A stretch of 63,994 bases of DNA, filler included, from Jimgerdemannia flammicorona (lineage: Eukaryota): NCBI GenBank assembly GCA_003990765.1. It is 3 parts of 3 records of this genome, joined end to end, with 100 filler letters (N's around TTAATTAATTAA, not from the genome) between each part and the next. Parts side by side here need not be neighbours in the genome. Positions count along the whole stretch, not along the records: positions 1 to 21,429 come from RBNJ01001456.1; 2 more parts are not named here. One strand, given 5' to 3'. The position numbers were made by a program, and so were the translations under genes. The number at the start of each line of letters is the position of its first letter. Position 1 is the first letter of the stretch. Shown here piece after piece: positions 1-13,405 of this stretch. The notes under the pieces are model-generated. The model made no database searches. It had not been told where the DNA came from and saw only the letters and a list, made by a program, of their open reading frames with translations.

Positions 1-1355
1 CCCCCCCCCTTGGGGCCCCAACCAATCCACCACGCCTTGAAGAGCTCAAGCATCAGCTCCTCCCATCTCACAACCCTCATTTGCACAGTCCCCCACTGCC
101 ACTACCCCCATCCAACCTCGCCAGCAGCTCCTTCTGAATTTTCCTCCCCTGCAACTTCTCCCAAGCCCCCTTCTCCATTCGGACCCTCTTCCCATCCACC
201 TCCCCCACCACTGTCCTGGCTTCAAACTCCTTCCATGCTAATCTCCTCCTTGCGACCATCCCTTCTAGATCTGCCAGAGCCTCCAACAGGTCTTTCAACT
301 CCTCCTGGGTCCCCTTCACCCTCGTGACCTTGCACTCCACTGGTCCCCACCTCAGCATCGCTGGCCAGTCCCTCGACTTCCCCATCAGCCAGCCTCACTC
401 TGACATCAACATTACCAGTTCAAAGCTCCATACCCTCCCAGACCTTGAACCCAACATCCACAATCTCGCCATACTCCCTGATCACCTCTATAACCAACTC
501 TCTGATCCTCTCCTTCAACACTATAGGTAGATCCAGCACTGTCAACTACACCACTTGGAGGTCCCAGCACATGCACCTGGCCATAGAGACAACAACTCTG
601 CCAACCATCACCCCCTTCTCCAAGGCTGCCAGCAAGGCATCTTCCTCCTCAAACCCCACCTTGACCCCTTCCTTCCCCTTCAAAAACTTCACTGATGCTG
701 CTCCCTTCACCTCCTGTACCACCAGCCCCAAAATCATCCTCGCCATCACTGCCAAGCCCTGGAAATACATTGTGACTGTGAATTCAGACCTTGACTTCTT
801 GAATAACGGAGCTGATACCATGCCCATAACCCCATCTGCCAGCTCCCCAGGCCTCATGCCCACTCCCTGTTCTGAATTATCAACTGCCATCACATCTGGA
901 TTTTTGCCAGATCCTCAGTCACAGCCCCATTACCAGCCACATCTCTGGCCCCTACTCCTGCTCCTCCCCCACCCTCAGCAACTCCCCTGGGTGCACCTCC
1001 CAGTCCCCCAGCAGCAGCTGTCGATTCCTTCCCCAGGCCTAGCCAACCATCTAGACCTGAGGCCATCTTCCCCATTCTGACCTTATCAGCAAAGGTTGAT
1101 CTCTCTCCTCCTCTCTGCCTCAGACCACCCCTCCCTCCACCACTGGGACCTCGGCTAGCCATTGAGGCCCCTGGCATCTCCAAACCATCTCCCCTCCTTT
1201 CTACCTACTGCCAGCCAAAGGCACCCTCTCCCCCCTGGCCAGTATGCTCACTAGTTCGATTGTTGCCATCCATGTCAGTAGTCGTCGGACACCAAAAACA
1301 TACTAAAAAGTGTTGTCTGAGTCTTGTGTCACCCGAATAGTACTGGTGAAAGATG
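1..1355 (-). mobile_element. 5' end (UTR and degenerate ORF1) of a non-LTR (LINE-like) retrotransposon, running off the window start
   Basis: Broken minus-strand ORFs 890-1183, 546-893 and 77-385: Gly-rich N-terminus, 'STFADKVR' motif, then an RRM-like segment. Clearly homologous to 21530-21848 ('VSFVEKVK...LESWL'), including the same minus-strand terminal motif CATCTTTC. CpG-depleted. Confidence 0.55.
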
Positions 1356-1493
1356 CATCACTGTAGTTGAACATATCTTCTTTACTAACTTATAATATGG
1401 GTTCTCTTGGGGTTCTCACCCCTACCATCTGAATCCCAAGTACTAACTTTTATTCATTCTGAAATATATATAGCCAATATCTAATAAGTCTTA

Positions 1494-1623
1494 TGTTGAA
1501 ATGGCAACTCAATATGCCAGCATATAACCTTACACTATTCTATCAGATTTACATCATTTATCAGTAATTTAGAGAAATATGCAACCTACACAACTTCAAT
1601 AAAATTGCCCCTCTTTTACAACA
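1494..1623 (+). repeat. 5' LTR of Copia copy 1 (TGTTG...CAACA), followed by PBS GGTTATGAGC at 1626-1635
   Basis: Terminal inverted TGTTG/CAACA. Immediately followed by aaGGTTATGAGC, resembling the Copia-type internal tRNA-Met primer site. Similar to 6322-6498. Confidence 0.75.
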
Positions 1624-4600
1624 AAGGTTATGAGCTTCTCTAGTACAAAGTAGCTATAACTGATACACCTCTTTAAAATATACTATGTTAGAAATATCTG
1701 ATGATCAGCTTAGTAATATAAATATGGAAATAGATATATTAATTATAAGTATTCCTCCTATAGGTGTAACCTCAATAGGTTTGGAAAATACAGTCCTAGT
1801 TATTAGTATAAATATGGCCAAGAGATTTATCTCGATCTTCAATGAGAAAGACTATGCCATTTGGGCATTTTATATAATGAATCTCCTTGTTAAATATAGC
1901 CTAACAGAGTATATGAAGTTATAAGTGCTAATTCAAGATTATGATCTTACAAATAATTGCCAAGATTATATTCATATTATCAAACTTGTAAATGAAGCTC
2001 AAAATATATACTACAATAGCTCATAAGGTATGAGAAGTCCTATGCAAGCATTATATGTAAGCATCTGTATTAATTCAATTCCACCTGAAATCTCAGCTAT
2101 TCTATCTTCAAATAAAGCTGAAGGAGAGCATCTGTAAATATACCAGTTGTGTTAATGATCTGGTGAATCAAGTGAATTCCCTCAGTATATCTGTGGATTA
2201 CATTGGCAATGAAGATAAGATTATAGCACTCACAAGAGAATTTCCAGATACTTATAATGTTGTTGTCACAGTCATATATGAGAATAGTAGTCTCTCAGAT
2301 TATGCCCATATAATAACAAGCCTCATGAATGAGAAAATGTACCAAGGAAATAGTACCAATGATGATGAGAATACTTTCTATAGATTCTGCAGATATAGTG
2401 GCAAATGAGGTCAAAAGTATATTCAACAAGGTCAGCAATCCTAAACTTAAGCTCAATAATGTGACAATAACTAGTCTAGCTAATCAATCAAGTATGATGG
2501 TTACTGTGAGTACTCCAGCAAGTATGGATATAGGAAGTATCATTGCTATAGTTGGGAAAATGACAAAAAGAGTGGTGAAAATAAGCAACAATGTAAAAAA
2601 AGCTGGCATTGGCAATATAGATATAGGAACTATCAAAAAGAAGTATAATAATATAAATATCACTGAAATTGATGAAAGTAGTAATCTATTTTTTGTGTAA
2701 GCCACCAGCTCTACTATCAATTCTGCCATTGTAAGATCTACATCTATGATGAGCAGTTCCACCAGTAGTACTAGTTCTGCTAGTATAATATTTACTACTA
2801 AATCCACTAATCTGTCAACTATGAATCCCATTCAGTCAAATATTTTTACTTAATGAAAAGTGATAATAGTGAATCTGTCAATATAGCTAATGATAATGAT
2901 GTCTGGCTATTGGATTCAGAAGCCATATAATATATGATACTATATAGAGAATAGTTCTCTATATATAAATCTTATAAATACTCTATACCTATCAAGTTAG
3001 GAGATAATAATGTAATCTATACTTAAGGAAAGAGAAATATAGGGATACATCTCTACAGAAATGTCATTGAGTCTGCCACTACTTTTGAGGATATACTGTA
3101 TACTCTAAAGATAGGAAAGAACTCCTTCTTTATAGGAAAAATGATGTCCTATAGTAATAAAGAAATACACATACATTCAAAAAGTGCTATTATATATAAT
3201 TCACACAATAATGAGCTTTTGACAGCTTCAAAACACAGAAATCTTTATATGATCAATAGCATACTAACTGACATAAACACCTCTACTTATATAATAACTT
3301 TATATGACATATCCAATATATAGCATTAATGCTTAGAACATATCAGCAAGATGAGCCTCAAATATATAATAAGAAGCAGGTCAGTGAAAAAATTACTAGT
3401 ATATATACATTCAGAGGATAGCTTTTATAAGATATATGCAGAAAGCAAAGCTTCCTGATGCCTATTTGAAGAATAATTAAAGTGTATCTTGGGAATTCTC
3501 AATCTAATCTATATAGATATACATGTGGTCTGATATATACTCTATCATATTCTGGCAAGAAATATTTTCTGACATTTATTGATGATTATATATATAAGAT
3601 ATATATATATTTTCTATTAGTAAGAAGTAAAGTCTTGGAGAAATTCAGTAAATTCAAAGCAATCACCAAGAATAAAACAGAATGTAGAATATGTGCTATA
3701 TATTCAGATAATGGATATAAAAATGTCAACAATACATTCAGAGAATTCTTGATGAAATATGATATAAGCCATCAAATAACAGCTTCTTATATATCTCAGC
3801 AAAATAGCTTGGTTAAGCAATTTAATCATATAGCTATCAAAATGATATAAATGATGATTAATGCTACTGGATTAGGATATTTCCATTGGGCTGAGGTCAT
3901 CAATATAGTGGTATATATCTGCAATCAATGTATTTCTCAATTACTAAGCAAAGAAGCTAGTAACAACAATAAGCATAAGAATGATGATCTTACTTCTGAA
4001 GAATTATAGAGCAGAATAAAGCCAATGTGTCCCATCTATGTATATTTGGATATGATGTATATATCCTTAACAAAAGCAATGCTACTTGGTATAAATTCAA
4101 GCCAAAAGCAGTTAAGCACATACTTCTTGGATATGGTGGAAAATTGTATAGGCTTTGGAATCTGCATATAAAATATATAGTGATTTCATATGATATACAA
4201 TTTAATAAAAAAAGAAACAATAAGAAGATTAATGTGGAAATATCTGAAGAAATATCTAGATTCCAACTAACACTACTAATATCTCTGATAATTCCAGCAG
4301 TTAATCAAAACTATTTCCAATCACTATATATATCTGAGCCAGAGTTGCCTGAGTCAAGGATCACCAAGATCAAATATAAAGATAATGATGGTAAATTCTA
4401 CAATGATAAAGGATCTTCTATGAAGGGTAAACAAATGCAAAAGTAGTCTAAAGCAGCTGAGAGATATATTCAGAATTAGGAAGTTATTGGAAGATACTAG
4501 TAAGCCCTAGACAGCAGTAATATCAAGACCATGTAAGCTATGCTGAAGTATATGAATGCATATATATTACAATATCTGGTAAGCCAAACACATACAATGT

Positions 4601-4898
4601 AGCTATAAGTAATACTGACAACCAAAAATGCCAATGTATAATGTATGAGAAATATAATTCACTCATCAAGAACAGTATCAGAAATCTAGTACCTCTTCTA
4701 CCAAACTGTCAAGCAATTAAATCCAAGTGGATATATAGGATAAAGTACAATACTGATGGCAATGTAGAGTAGTATAATGCTCATTTTATTGCTAAGAGTT
4801 ATTTGCAAGATTATAGTATAGACTATGATGAGACATTTTCGCTAGTATTCAAGCTTACTTCACTTAGAATACTTCTTGTGATAGATATGATATATGAT

Positions 4899-4955
4899 AA
4901 GTATTAATAAAGGCAGAAGTCCAAGTGATTATAAAAAAAAAAAAAAAAAAAAAAA
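4899..4955 (+). mobile_element. Very short poly(A)-tailed retro-insertion inside the Copia-1 RT
   Basis: AATAAA followed by an A23 tract. Absent from the aligned position in Copia copy 2 (~9790-9810). Flanked by a degenerate 15-bp duplication, 4884-4898 / 4956-4970. Confidence 0.6.
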
Positions 4956-6321
4956 GATATAGTTTATGCCCTTGAAATCCATCAAATAGATGTAAAGACA
5001 GTATTTCTAAATAGTGATATAGACACCAAACTATATGTCTGTCAACTGCAAGAATATGAACTATATAATAGCCTAAATAGTGAGCTCATATATAAATTAT
5101 ACCAAGGACTATACAGTATCAAACACACAGTATGATTGTAGAATAAACGAATTGATAAATATCTCCTTGACAATAGATTCATGTATTACAAAGTAGATAA
5201 TTACATATATATATCTAATATAATGAAAATAATATAGTATTCATTAGCATATAGATATGTAAATGATATCATCATTATTGCCAGTAATAATAGGCTTAAT
5301 AGAGTAAAGAAAACTCTATGCTGAGAATTTAAAATGACCAATATAGGCAACATATCTTTCCTTTTAGAGATATCAATTATACTTAATAGGAATGTGTGTA
5401 TGCTATATACCTCTTGCAAGAAACATACACCAAAGCCATTCTTGATTACTTCAATATAAGTGAATATAAGCCAATCAGCACTCCTATAGATACTTCCATG
5501 AAGATAAGGAAGCCAAACACTATATCTGAGGATAATGATAACAATATATCTGCCAAAAACATTCCCTATTATTAAGTAGTTAGCTCTCTCATATATCTTA
5601 TACTAGGAATAAGACCTGAGATATCATATACTATAAATAAAGTAGTGCAGTACTCTTCTACTATGATAATTTATATTAGAGTACCATTAAAAGAATTTTC
5701 CAATACTTAAAGAGATTAGTGCACTATATGCCCACATTGAGTAATGATATTAGATTAAGCAGAAGCAATGATAAGAGCAATAGTAAAAGCAATAGTATCT
5801 GACTATCCAGTACATGTGATACTGATTGGGCCAGAGACTTAGATGATAATTAATCTATAACTAGATACCTCTTCCATATTGGTGACCAAGGATCTATTAT
5901 CTAATGACAAATGTATAAACAATCTTCTATTACAATGTCATCTTTATAAGTTAAATATCAGGCTTATCATTGGCAACAAAGAAAGCTGTATGGCTTTATA
6001 AACTATTAAAGAAGCTTGGCTTTATGAAAGAAAGTATTATACTATACCAAGATAACTAGTCTATAATAGTGCTTATCAAGAATCCAGTATATTATAGCAG
6101 AATGCAACATATTGATATATAGTATCATTTTATATGAAAATGCATAGAAACTGGTATAATACATCTGGAATATATTCTCATAGAGTACATGATTGCAGAC
6201 TCATTAACCAAAGCTCTTCTAAAGTAAAAATGCAAGAAATATATTAAATTGATGGTTCTTATAAGCTATATGTCAGCATTTGATTAGCTATGGGACAATT
6301 TTCAGGCTATTAAAAGCCTCT

Positions 6322-6498
6322 TGTTGAGATGATAACTCAATATATATCTATATGACCTTTCTATGCCAATGTTTTTTTTTATCAGTTTTATATTATCTGC
6401 CATCCATCAATAATATGTAAATTCATGCTATACATTTTATCAATAAAATTGCTCTGTTTCTCTTATAAGGATATATGTATATAAATATATATTTAATA
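6322..6498 (+). repeat. LTR of Copia copy 2, followed by PBS GGTTATGAGC (6501-6510)
   Basis: Starts TGTTGAGATGATAACTCAATAT (compare TGTTGAAATGGCAACTCAATAT at 1494) and shares CAATAAAATTGC. Ends TAATA (a C>T-decayed CAACA), followed by the same PBS. Confidence 0.7.
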
Positions 6499-9400
6499 AA
6501 GGTTATGAGCTATGCTAGCACTAAGCAGGTATAGGAAAAAAAAACATCTCTTTAAAACATACACTACAATCAAAGATGAGTGAAGATCAGCTAAGTAACA
6601 CAGACACACCAATTATAAGTACTCTGGTAATAGAAACAGTCCCCATTATAACTACAGGTACAGATATGGGAAATGTAGTCTCAGTTGTAAGCATAAATAC
6701 AGTCAAGAGGTCCATCCCAATCTTTGATAGAAAAGACTACACCATTTGGATATTCTATATGATGAATCTTCTTGACAAATGTGGCTTAGTAGAGTATATA
6801 AAGCCACAGTAGCAAATTGAAGACTCTAATACTATGAATAATTATTAAACATTAAGAGAGATAATATTCATACTTACAAACTTACAAGCAAAGCTTATAA
6901 TGCACACTATGACAGTGTATGATACATAGAAACTCTACATGATCATTATATGCAAGTATCTACATCAAATTGATTTCACCTAAAAACGCGGTTATTCAAT
7001 TTACAAATGAAATCCAATAAGGAAAGTATCTATAAATATGCTGATCATATTGATGATCTGATAAATCAGATCAATTTGCTCACTATGACTCCAGCCAAAG
7101 CCATCAATGATGAAGATAAGGTCCTGGCACTTATAAGAGGCCTTCCAAAGAGTATAATATAGTCATTACAGCCATATGCAAGAGTATCAAACTTACAGAC
7201 TATACCTATATGACAATGAGCCTTATGAATGAAGAGATACCAGAATGGTCCTAATAACAATAAGGATGAAAGGGCATTCTATGGTTTCCAAGAACATGGC
7301 AGCAAATGAGATCAGAGCCAGTATTATTAGTGAGATCAGCAAAAAAAACAAGGACAGATAGGATAAACCCAAATACAAAATCAAAGCAGTCCAGCTAAGT
7401 TTGATGGCTATTGCCATTACTGTGGGAAGTATGGACATAAGTAAAGTGATTGCTATTATAAGGATAAGGAGAGCAGTGAAAATAAGTATAGGAAAAGCCA
7501 GTGGTGTAGAAACTATTGTGGCAAAAGCCAGCAAGATCATGCAAATATCACTGAAATAGATAATAATGGTGGTCTTTTTTTCACACAAGCAATATATGTA
7601 GATGATAGTTCTACTGCCACCACCAACAACTCAATATATACAACTCATCAGCCATACACTTTTGTTGCTGCAAAAAGTGGTGACATCAATAGTATGAGCA
7701 GCCATATATTCTGCAAATATACCAATACTGCCAATGAAAATGATGTTTGGCTAATGGATTCTGGCACCATGTAATATATAACAGCCCACTAGGAGTGGTT
7801 TTCAATATATGAACCCTTTGAGTACCTAGTGCCAATCAAATTAGGCAACAACAATGTCATATATGCTCAGAGAAAAGGAAATGTTAGCATGCATCTCTAT
7901 GGGAATTTTGCAGAGCCTGCTGCCACTCTTATGGACATACTATATACTCTGAAGATAGGAAAGAACCTCTTCTCCATAGGCAAGATATTGGCTTATAGTG
8001 ATAAGGAAATTTACATATATCTCAAAGATGTGACCATATATGGTTTTATAGCAGAAACAATGCTAAAGAGTTAATAATAGTCTCAAAATAAGGCAATTTA
8101 TATATGATCAATGGCACACCAAATGGAAATGGTATAGTAAAAGCCTCTACATATACAATAACAACTACACTTGATGCTATTATTTGGTATCAATGCTTAG
8201 GACATATTGGCATAACAAGCCTCAAATGTATAATAAAGAGTAGATCCATTAGTGGATTGTCACTAAATATACACCCTTATGATAATTTCTTTTGTGATGA
8301 TTGTATGGCAAATAAAACTTCCAAACACCTATTCAAGGAATGATTGAAGCACATCTCAGGCATCCTCAATCCCATGCATACAGATATATATAGGCTGATA
8401 TATATGCCATCAAACTCTAAGAAGAAGTATTTTATCACATTCATTGATGACTATACATATAAGGCATATATATATTTCTTATCAGTGAAGAGTAAAGTAT
8501 TAAAAGTATTAGAAAAATTTGCAGAATTCAAAGTAATTGCTGAGAATGAGATAGGATATAGAATATATACTATATGCTCAGATAACAGATAGAAATACAT
8601 CAATGGTTCATTTAGATAGTTTCTGATAAAACATAGCATATACTATCAAATGACAGTACCCTATATACCTCAGCAGAATGGTGTGGCTGAACAATTCAAT
8701 CAAATGATAGTAGAGATGGTATATATAATGATTAATGCTGCTGGATTGGGATATTCTTATTGGGCCAGAGTAGTACATATAGCAGTGTATATATACAATC
8801 AATATATTTCTCAAGTGCTAAGCAAGGATTCTGACAATAATAAGAAAAAAGATGAGGATCTAACCCCTGAGGAAATATGGAGCAGAACAAAGCCAGATAT
8901 ATCCTATTTACATATATTTGGCTGTTAAGCATATGTCCTCAATAAGAGTAATATCAATCAGCACAAGTTTGAGGCAAAAGCCAGCAAGCATATATTTCTT
9001 GGGTACAGTGAAAACAGCAAAGCTTACAGGCTTTAAAATCCACACAAGTAGCATGTAGTTATATCCTGTGATGTGCAATTCAAGGAATTCAAAGGAGATT
9101 GAGATCAAGAGATCTGTATGGAAATACTGATTAAAAATCATTTTCACTGACAACTGCAGCCAGCATAATATCTACTGCAATCTATATCTCCCAGATTATC
9201 ATCTAGAGGACAGCAATAACCAACAGTGGTGAATTAAAATTATTTTCAACCACTATATGTGCCAGAGTTATCTGAGCCAAGAATAACTGAAATCAAGGAT
9301 AAGGATGATGAAAAATCTAGCAGTGATGAGGAATTCACCACCAGAGGCAAGCAAAAGCCAAAGTATAAGCCCAGAAACATAATCCATTCTGACTTAGGAG

Positions 9401-9860
9401 GTTACTGGGATATGCTAGTAAGCTCTCGATGACAACATAATGATAAGAATCACATAAGCTATGTTGACAACATATTTGGTAACATCTGATAAGCCAAACA
9501 TATACAATGAGACCATAGCCAGACCAGATAGCAAGAAATGGCAATATATAATAGATGAGGAATATGATTTGCTCATCAAGAATAGTATCTGGAATATGAT
9601 ACTCCTTCTGACCAATTGACAGACAATAGAATTGTACTGGGTATATAGAATCAAGCATAAGAGTGATGGAAGCATAGAGTGATGCAAGGCATACCTTATT
9701 GCTAAGGATTATTTATAAGATAATAGCATAGATTATAATGAAACATTCTCACTAGTGATTAAGCTTATATTACTTAGAATACTCCTTGCAATTGGCACAC
9801 TATACAACCTTGAAATCCATCAAATAGATGTAAAGACAGTATTTCTGAATAGTGATATAG

Positions 9861-11332
9861 TGTAACGTGCCGGCTCAATGGAGGAAAATTACAAGGTTGG
9901 GGGTTGATGTAGTTTGGCTTGAGCCCCCAGTTACTTTGTCAAAAAGCAACAAAATGTTCTAAGATTCCTGAGGTCCTTGGTGTTTAGTGGTATAATAGTC
10001 AAAGCAGGATATCTGTGAGCGATTTCCTTATTGGGATGGTTCTCTGGGTGTAGCAGCGATTTGTGTGGATGGGTTTCCTTCTTGGGTCAACTGGGAATAG
10101 TACAATTTTGTATAGCGAGGCAATCTCCAAAAGTATGTGATTTCTGGCATGACAATCTCTTGTGTAGTGCGACAATCTTGTGTAGCACGGGTTTCTATAC
10201 ATGACGATCTGGCAATTTGGCGGATAACTCGATTTGGCTCAGATTTTCCAAAAGCAGTAGTTTGGGAATAGAAGATGGTGCAGATTCTTCTTACTAGGAA
10301 TTATACTGGTGGTGGGTAATTCAATAACTCAGGCTCACTGGGAACAATGAATAACTTGGATGTCATGGATTCTTCCTAAATTGGCAGCTCTTCTGGGAAT
10401 ATGATGGCGCAGATTCTTCTGAATCAGCGGCTTCAACTGGGAATATGGCAGATAGCTTAGAAATGGCGGATGATGTGGATTCGGCTCCAACTGGGAATAC
10501 TACTCAGATGGCGCAGGTAATTCAGATAACTTGGGTGGTGCGGATTCTTTCTGAATCAGCAGGCTTTAACTGGGAAATAACTACGATTCTTAGCAAGTTA
10601 TGTCGAGACTGACTTCATTTGTATGGAGTTGCATCAATAGACTAGCTCTACTGCGAAGTTGCATCAGGGACTGGCTTGTGGCAAGGCTCTCTGGAAATGC
10701 AGAAACTGGGGTTCTTCAGGCTTATCTGGCAAGCATACCAATAGCATGGCTTTTTCCTTAGGCAGCAGGTTCTTCAAAAGGCAGTGAAGTTCTTCCTTGA
10801 ACTTAGTGGCAAATCTTCAGGCTTATCTTGCAAGCGAACCAAAAACAAACTTGTTCTTTGTATTGGAAAGGGGACCAGAGTGGGAAAAGGGGACCAATGC
10901 TTACAATCTCCTAACAGTGGCTGTAGAGTTCCTCTTGAAGTGTGGTAGGCAGACTTGTCTTTTGCTTTTGGATTCAATTTCGGACTTTTTGGACTGAGGT
11001 TTATTCACTCTTGTCTCTGGGGTATTTTATACAAGTTGGTTGCTATCTGGTTACTATATGGCTAACCTCAGATCTGCTACTTATGGCAGGTATACAGAGT
11101 CTGTATGGTGTACAGGACCTGTATAGTGTACAGGACCTGTACAGTGTACAGAGTCTGTATGGTGTACACAGTCAGTACAGATAAACAGACCCTTTCTGGT
11201 ATGTCTGGCTGTTTATACAGTTTTTCACAACAATGGTTGCTGGTTACTATGCTGTGTGTTCACGTCATCTTGCCTAATTGTTCATGTCATCTGGTTAAGA
11301 TATAATTTGGGTGGTACATTTGGTTTGTAACA
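9861..11332 (-). repeat. Gypsy 3' LTR (1472 bp)
   Basis: Colinear direct repeat of 18922-20370; TGTAAC...GTAACA termini; internal 18-bp tandem repeat at ~11090-11180. Confidence 0.95.
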
Positions 11333-11899
11333 TCAGCTCCTACTGAAGGGTAGTCTGTCACAGACTATTTTTCAGTCATCATCCCAATAAGCATAGACTG
11401 TTTCTGCATCTATACCTGTTCTATCATTTTCATTGTCTGTACTGGGGTCACTCCATTCTAGGGGCTCTTCTTCTTCTTCAGGAAATAGGATTTCGACAGA
11501 ATTGATGATACTCAAATAGGTAATAGGCCTCATTCCTTGAATATCATTCAGGGAGAATTGTGCCTGTATCAGGGCTGTGACATTTCATTTGTAAATAGTG
11601 TATAGTCTGTCTGCAGTCATAGTGTCTCTTCTAGTCAGACCTGTGGTATTCCTGATATAGGTCTGTTCCAGGGCTGGGAGGTTCTGCAATTGTTCACCAA
11701 TTGCATAATAGGTCTGCAGTTGGTGAACTTGTAGTAGGCATCTGGCCAAGATGAGATTTTCTTGATAAGCTTGGATCCTTTGAAGGGGGCTTTGGTTGGC
11801 TTGGCCGAATTAGGGTAGAGGGACTGGTAGGGCTGGGAAGGAGCTGAGGACCAATGTCTGGAGGCGCTGATCAATCCATTGGCTCATGGTGTAGAGGGG

Positions 11900-12900
11900 A
11901 AATATAGTTTGAGGTGATTGATGTGGACTGGTGTTCTCAGGGTTTGTCCATCCATGTTTCTTAAATAGATACTGGTTCCTCTGATGTTGTGTACAAGATA
12001 AGGTCCTTCCCATTTTGGTTCTAGTTTGGCAGCAAAGTTTGTCTCAATCATGCTTCTCTAAACTAGGACTTGATCTCTAATCTTAATCTCCTGATCCTTC
12101 TGTTTTTGGTTATAGTACTTCTTTTGTCTTTCCTGGGCTTTGATAATCTGTCCTTGGACTTGATTACATAACTGTTCTGCCTTCTTGAGGAGGTCTCCGA
12201 GATTCTCATGGTCAGCAGTTCTGGTTCTCTGGGCAAACATCATTTCGAATGGCTTTTGTTTGGTGGATGCAGCAGGGGTATTCTGAATTTCCCATAGGAT
12301 CTCAGGTAAGCAGAGGTCCCAATTAGTAGGATTGACTTGAGCAAATCCTTTCTTGATGGTCTGGTTCATTCTCTCTGTCATGCCATTGGTCTGGGGGTAG
12401 TATGATGTGGTCCTTTTGAGGTGGATCTTGTGAATGCAGGCATAACTTGTGATTATGTTGTTGATGAATTCTGTGCCTCAGTCAGAGATGAGTTCTTCGG
12501 GGGGTCCATATCTGAGTGTGAGTCTATGGAGGAGGCCTAGAATGGTTAAGGCATCTGCAATTTCTATTGGGAAAGCCTCAGGCCACTTGGTCAGATGTTC
12601 CACAAATACAAGGATGTATTTGTTTCTTCTTGGTGTAACTGATAGAGGTCCAATTACATCTACTCCCATCTTTGAAAGATGTGAGTGGGTGGGGAAATTG
12701 GTTGCAGAGGGGCTTGATAGTTCTTCTTTCCTTGATACTTCTGGCAGATGTCACATTTCTGAATAATTTCTTGGACTTGGGTTCTGAGGTGGGGCCAATG
12801 TTGATGTTGTTTTTGAATCTTGTCTTCTATGCATGTCTGTCCTTGGTGAGCTTTCTGATGTTCTTGTCAGATGAGATTTTCTTATTCCTTGATGGTCTGA
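11900..12900 (-). pseudogene. Gypsy integrase (HHCC zinc finger, rve core, GPY/F tail), disrupted
   Basis: 'MGVDVIGPL...KYILVFVEHLTKWPEAFP', 'YGPPEELISD', 'TERMNQTIK', 'WDLCLP', and 'PKWEGPY' near 12000-12025. Confidence 0.9.
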
Positions 12901-12959
12901 GGAGCTTCCTTTAGGTTGTGGTTCCTCGGGACACCCTTCTTCTGGTTCATTGGGGCTGG

Positions 12960-13400
12960 TGGGAAAGTACATCAACATTGTTAGAGGCTCTCCCTGCTTT
13001 GTGTATGATGGTGATTTTGTAATCCTGAAGGATAAGGATCCAGTGGACTAGGATTCCAGCAGGTTCTTTGTGGTTGAATAGCCATTTGAGGTCTACATGG
13101 TCTGTGATCAGGGTGAACCTTTTTCCAATGAGGTAATGCTTGAACAGAGTAACTGCTCATATGACTACAAGGCATTCCAGTTTGGTGCTCCCATAGTTCA
13201 TCTGCTGCTGGTTGGTAGCCCTGCTTGCATAAGCTATCACATAATGCTGTTGATCAGGTCCTTCTTGGGACAGTTCTGCCCCAAGGCAATCTTTAGAAGT
13301 ATCTGTATACAAGATGAATGACTTCTGTAGATTGGGGCACACAAGGATTGGTGCTATAGTCATGTGGTTCTTGACTTCTCTGAAGGCTTTTTTCTGTGAT
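12960..13400 (-). pseudogene. Gypsy RNase H
   Basis: 'FILYTDTSKDCLGAELSQ...VIAYASR...NYGSTKLECLVVI'. Confidence 0.9.
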
Positions 13401-13405
13401 TCTGT

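Larger units (their letters stand above)
1494..6260 (+). mobile_element. Degenerate Ty1/Copia LTR retrotransposon (copy 1): gag-PR-IN-RT-RNaseH relics with many stops
   Basis: Copia domain order. Protease 'WLLDS' near 2904; integrase 'KKYFLTFIDDY' and 'SQQNSLVKQFN' (3482-3850); SH3-like 'LLGYGGKLYRLWN'; RT 'IKSKWIYRIKY', 'HQIDVKTVFLN', 'YVNDIII'; RNase H 'HIDI.YHFI' and 'MIADSLTKAL' near 6100-6220. Confidence 0.9.

Noticed and set aside
10..1080. Pro/Ser-rich plus-strand ORFs
   Set aside because: Antisense of the G-rich LINE-like ORF1; no independent coding signal.
10797..10997. ORF present in both Gypsy LTRs (also ~19802-19993)
   Set aside because: Conservation follows trivially from LTR identity; antisense to the element, no recognisable domain, and different stops in the two copies.
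11340..11900. Possible chromodomain or env-like ORF after the Gypsy integrase
   Set aside because: Could not recognise chromodomain motifs or a transmembrane ORF in the broken frames.
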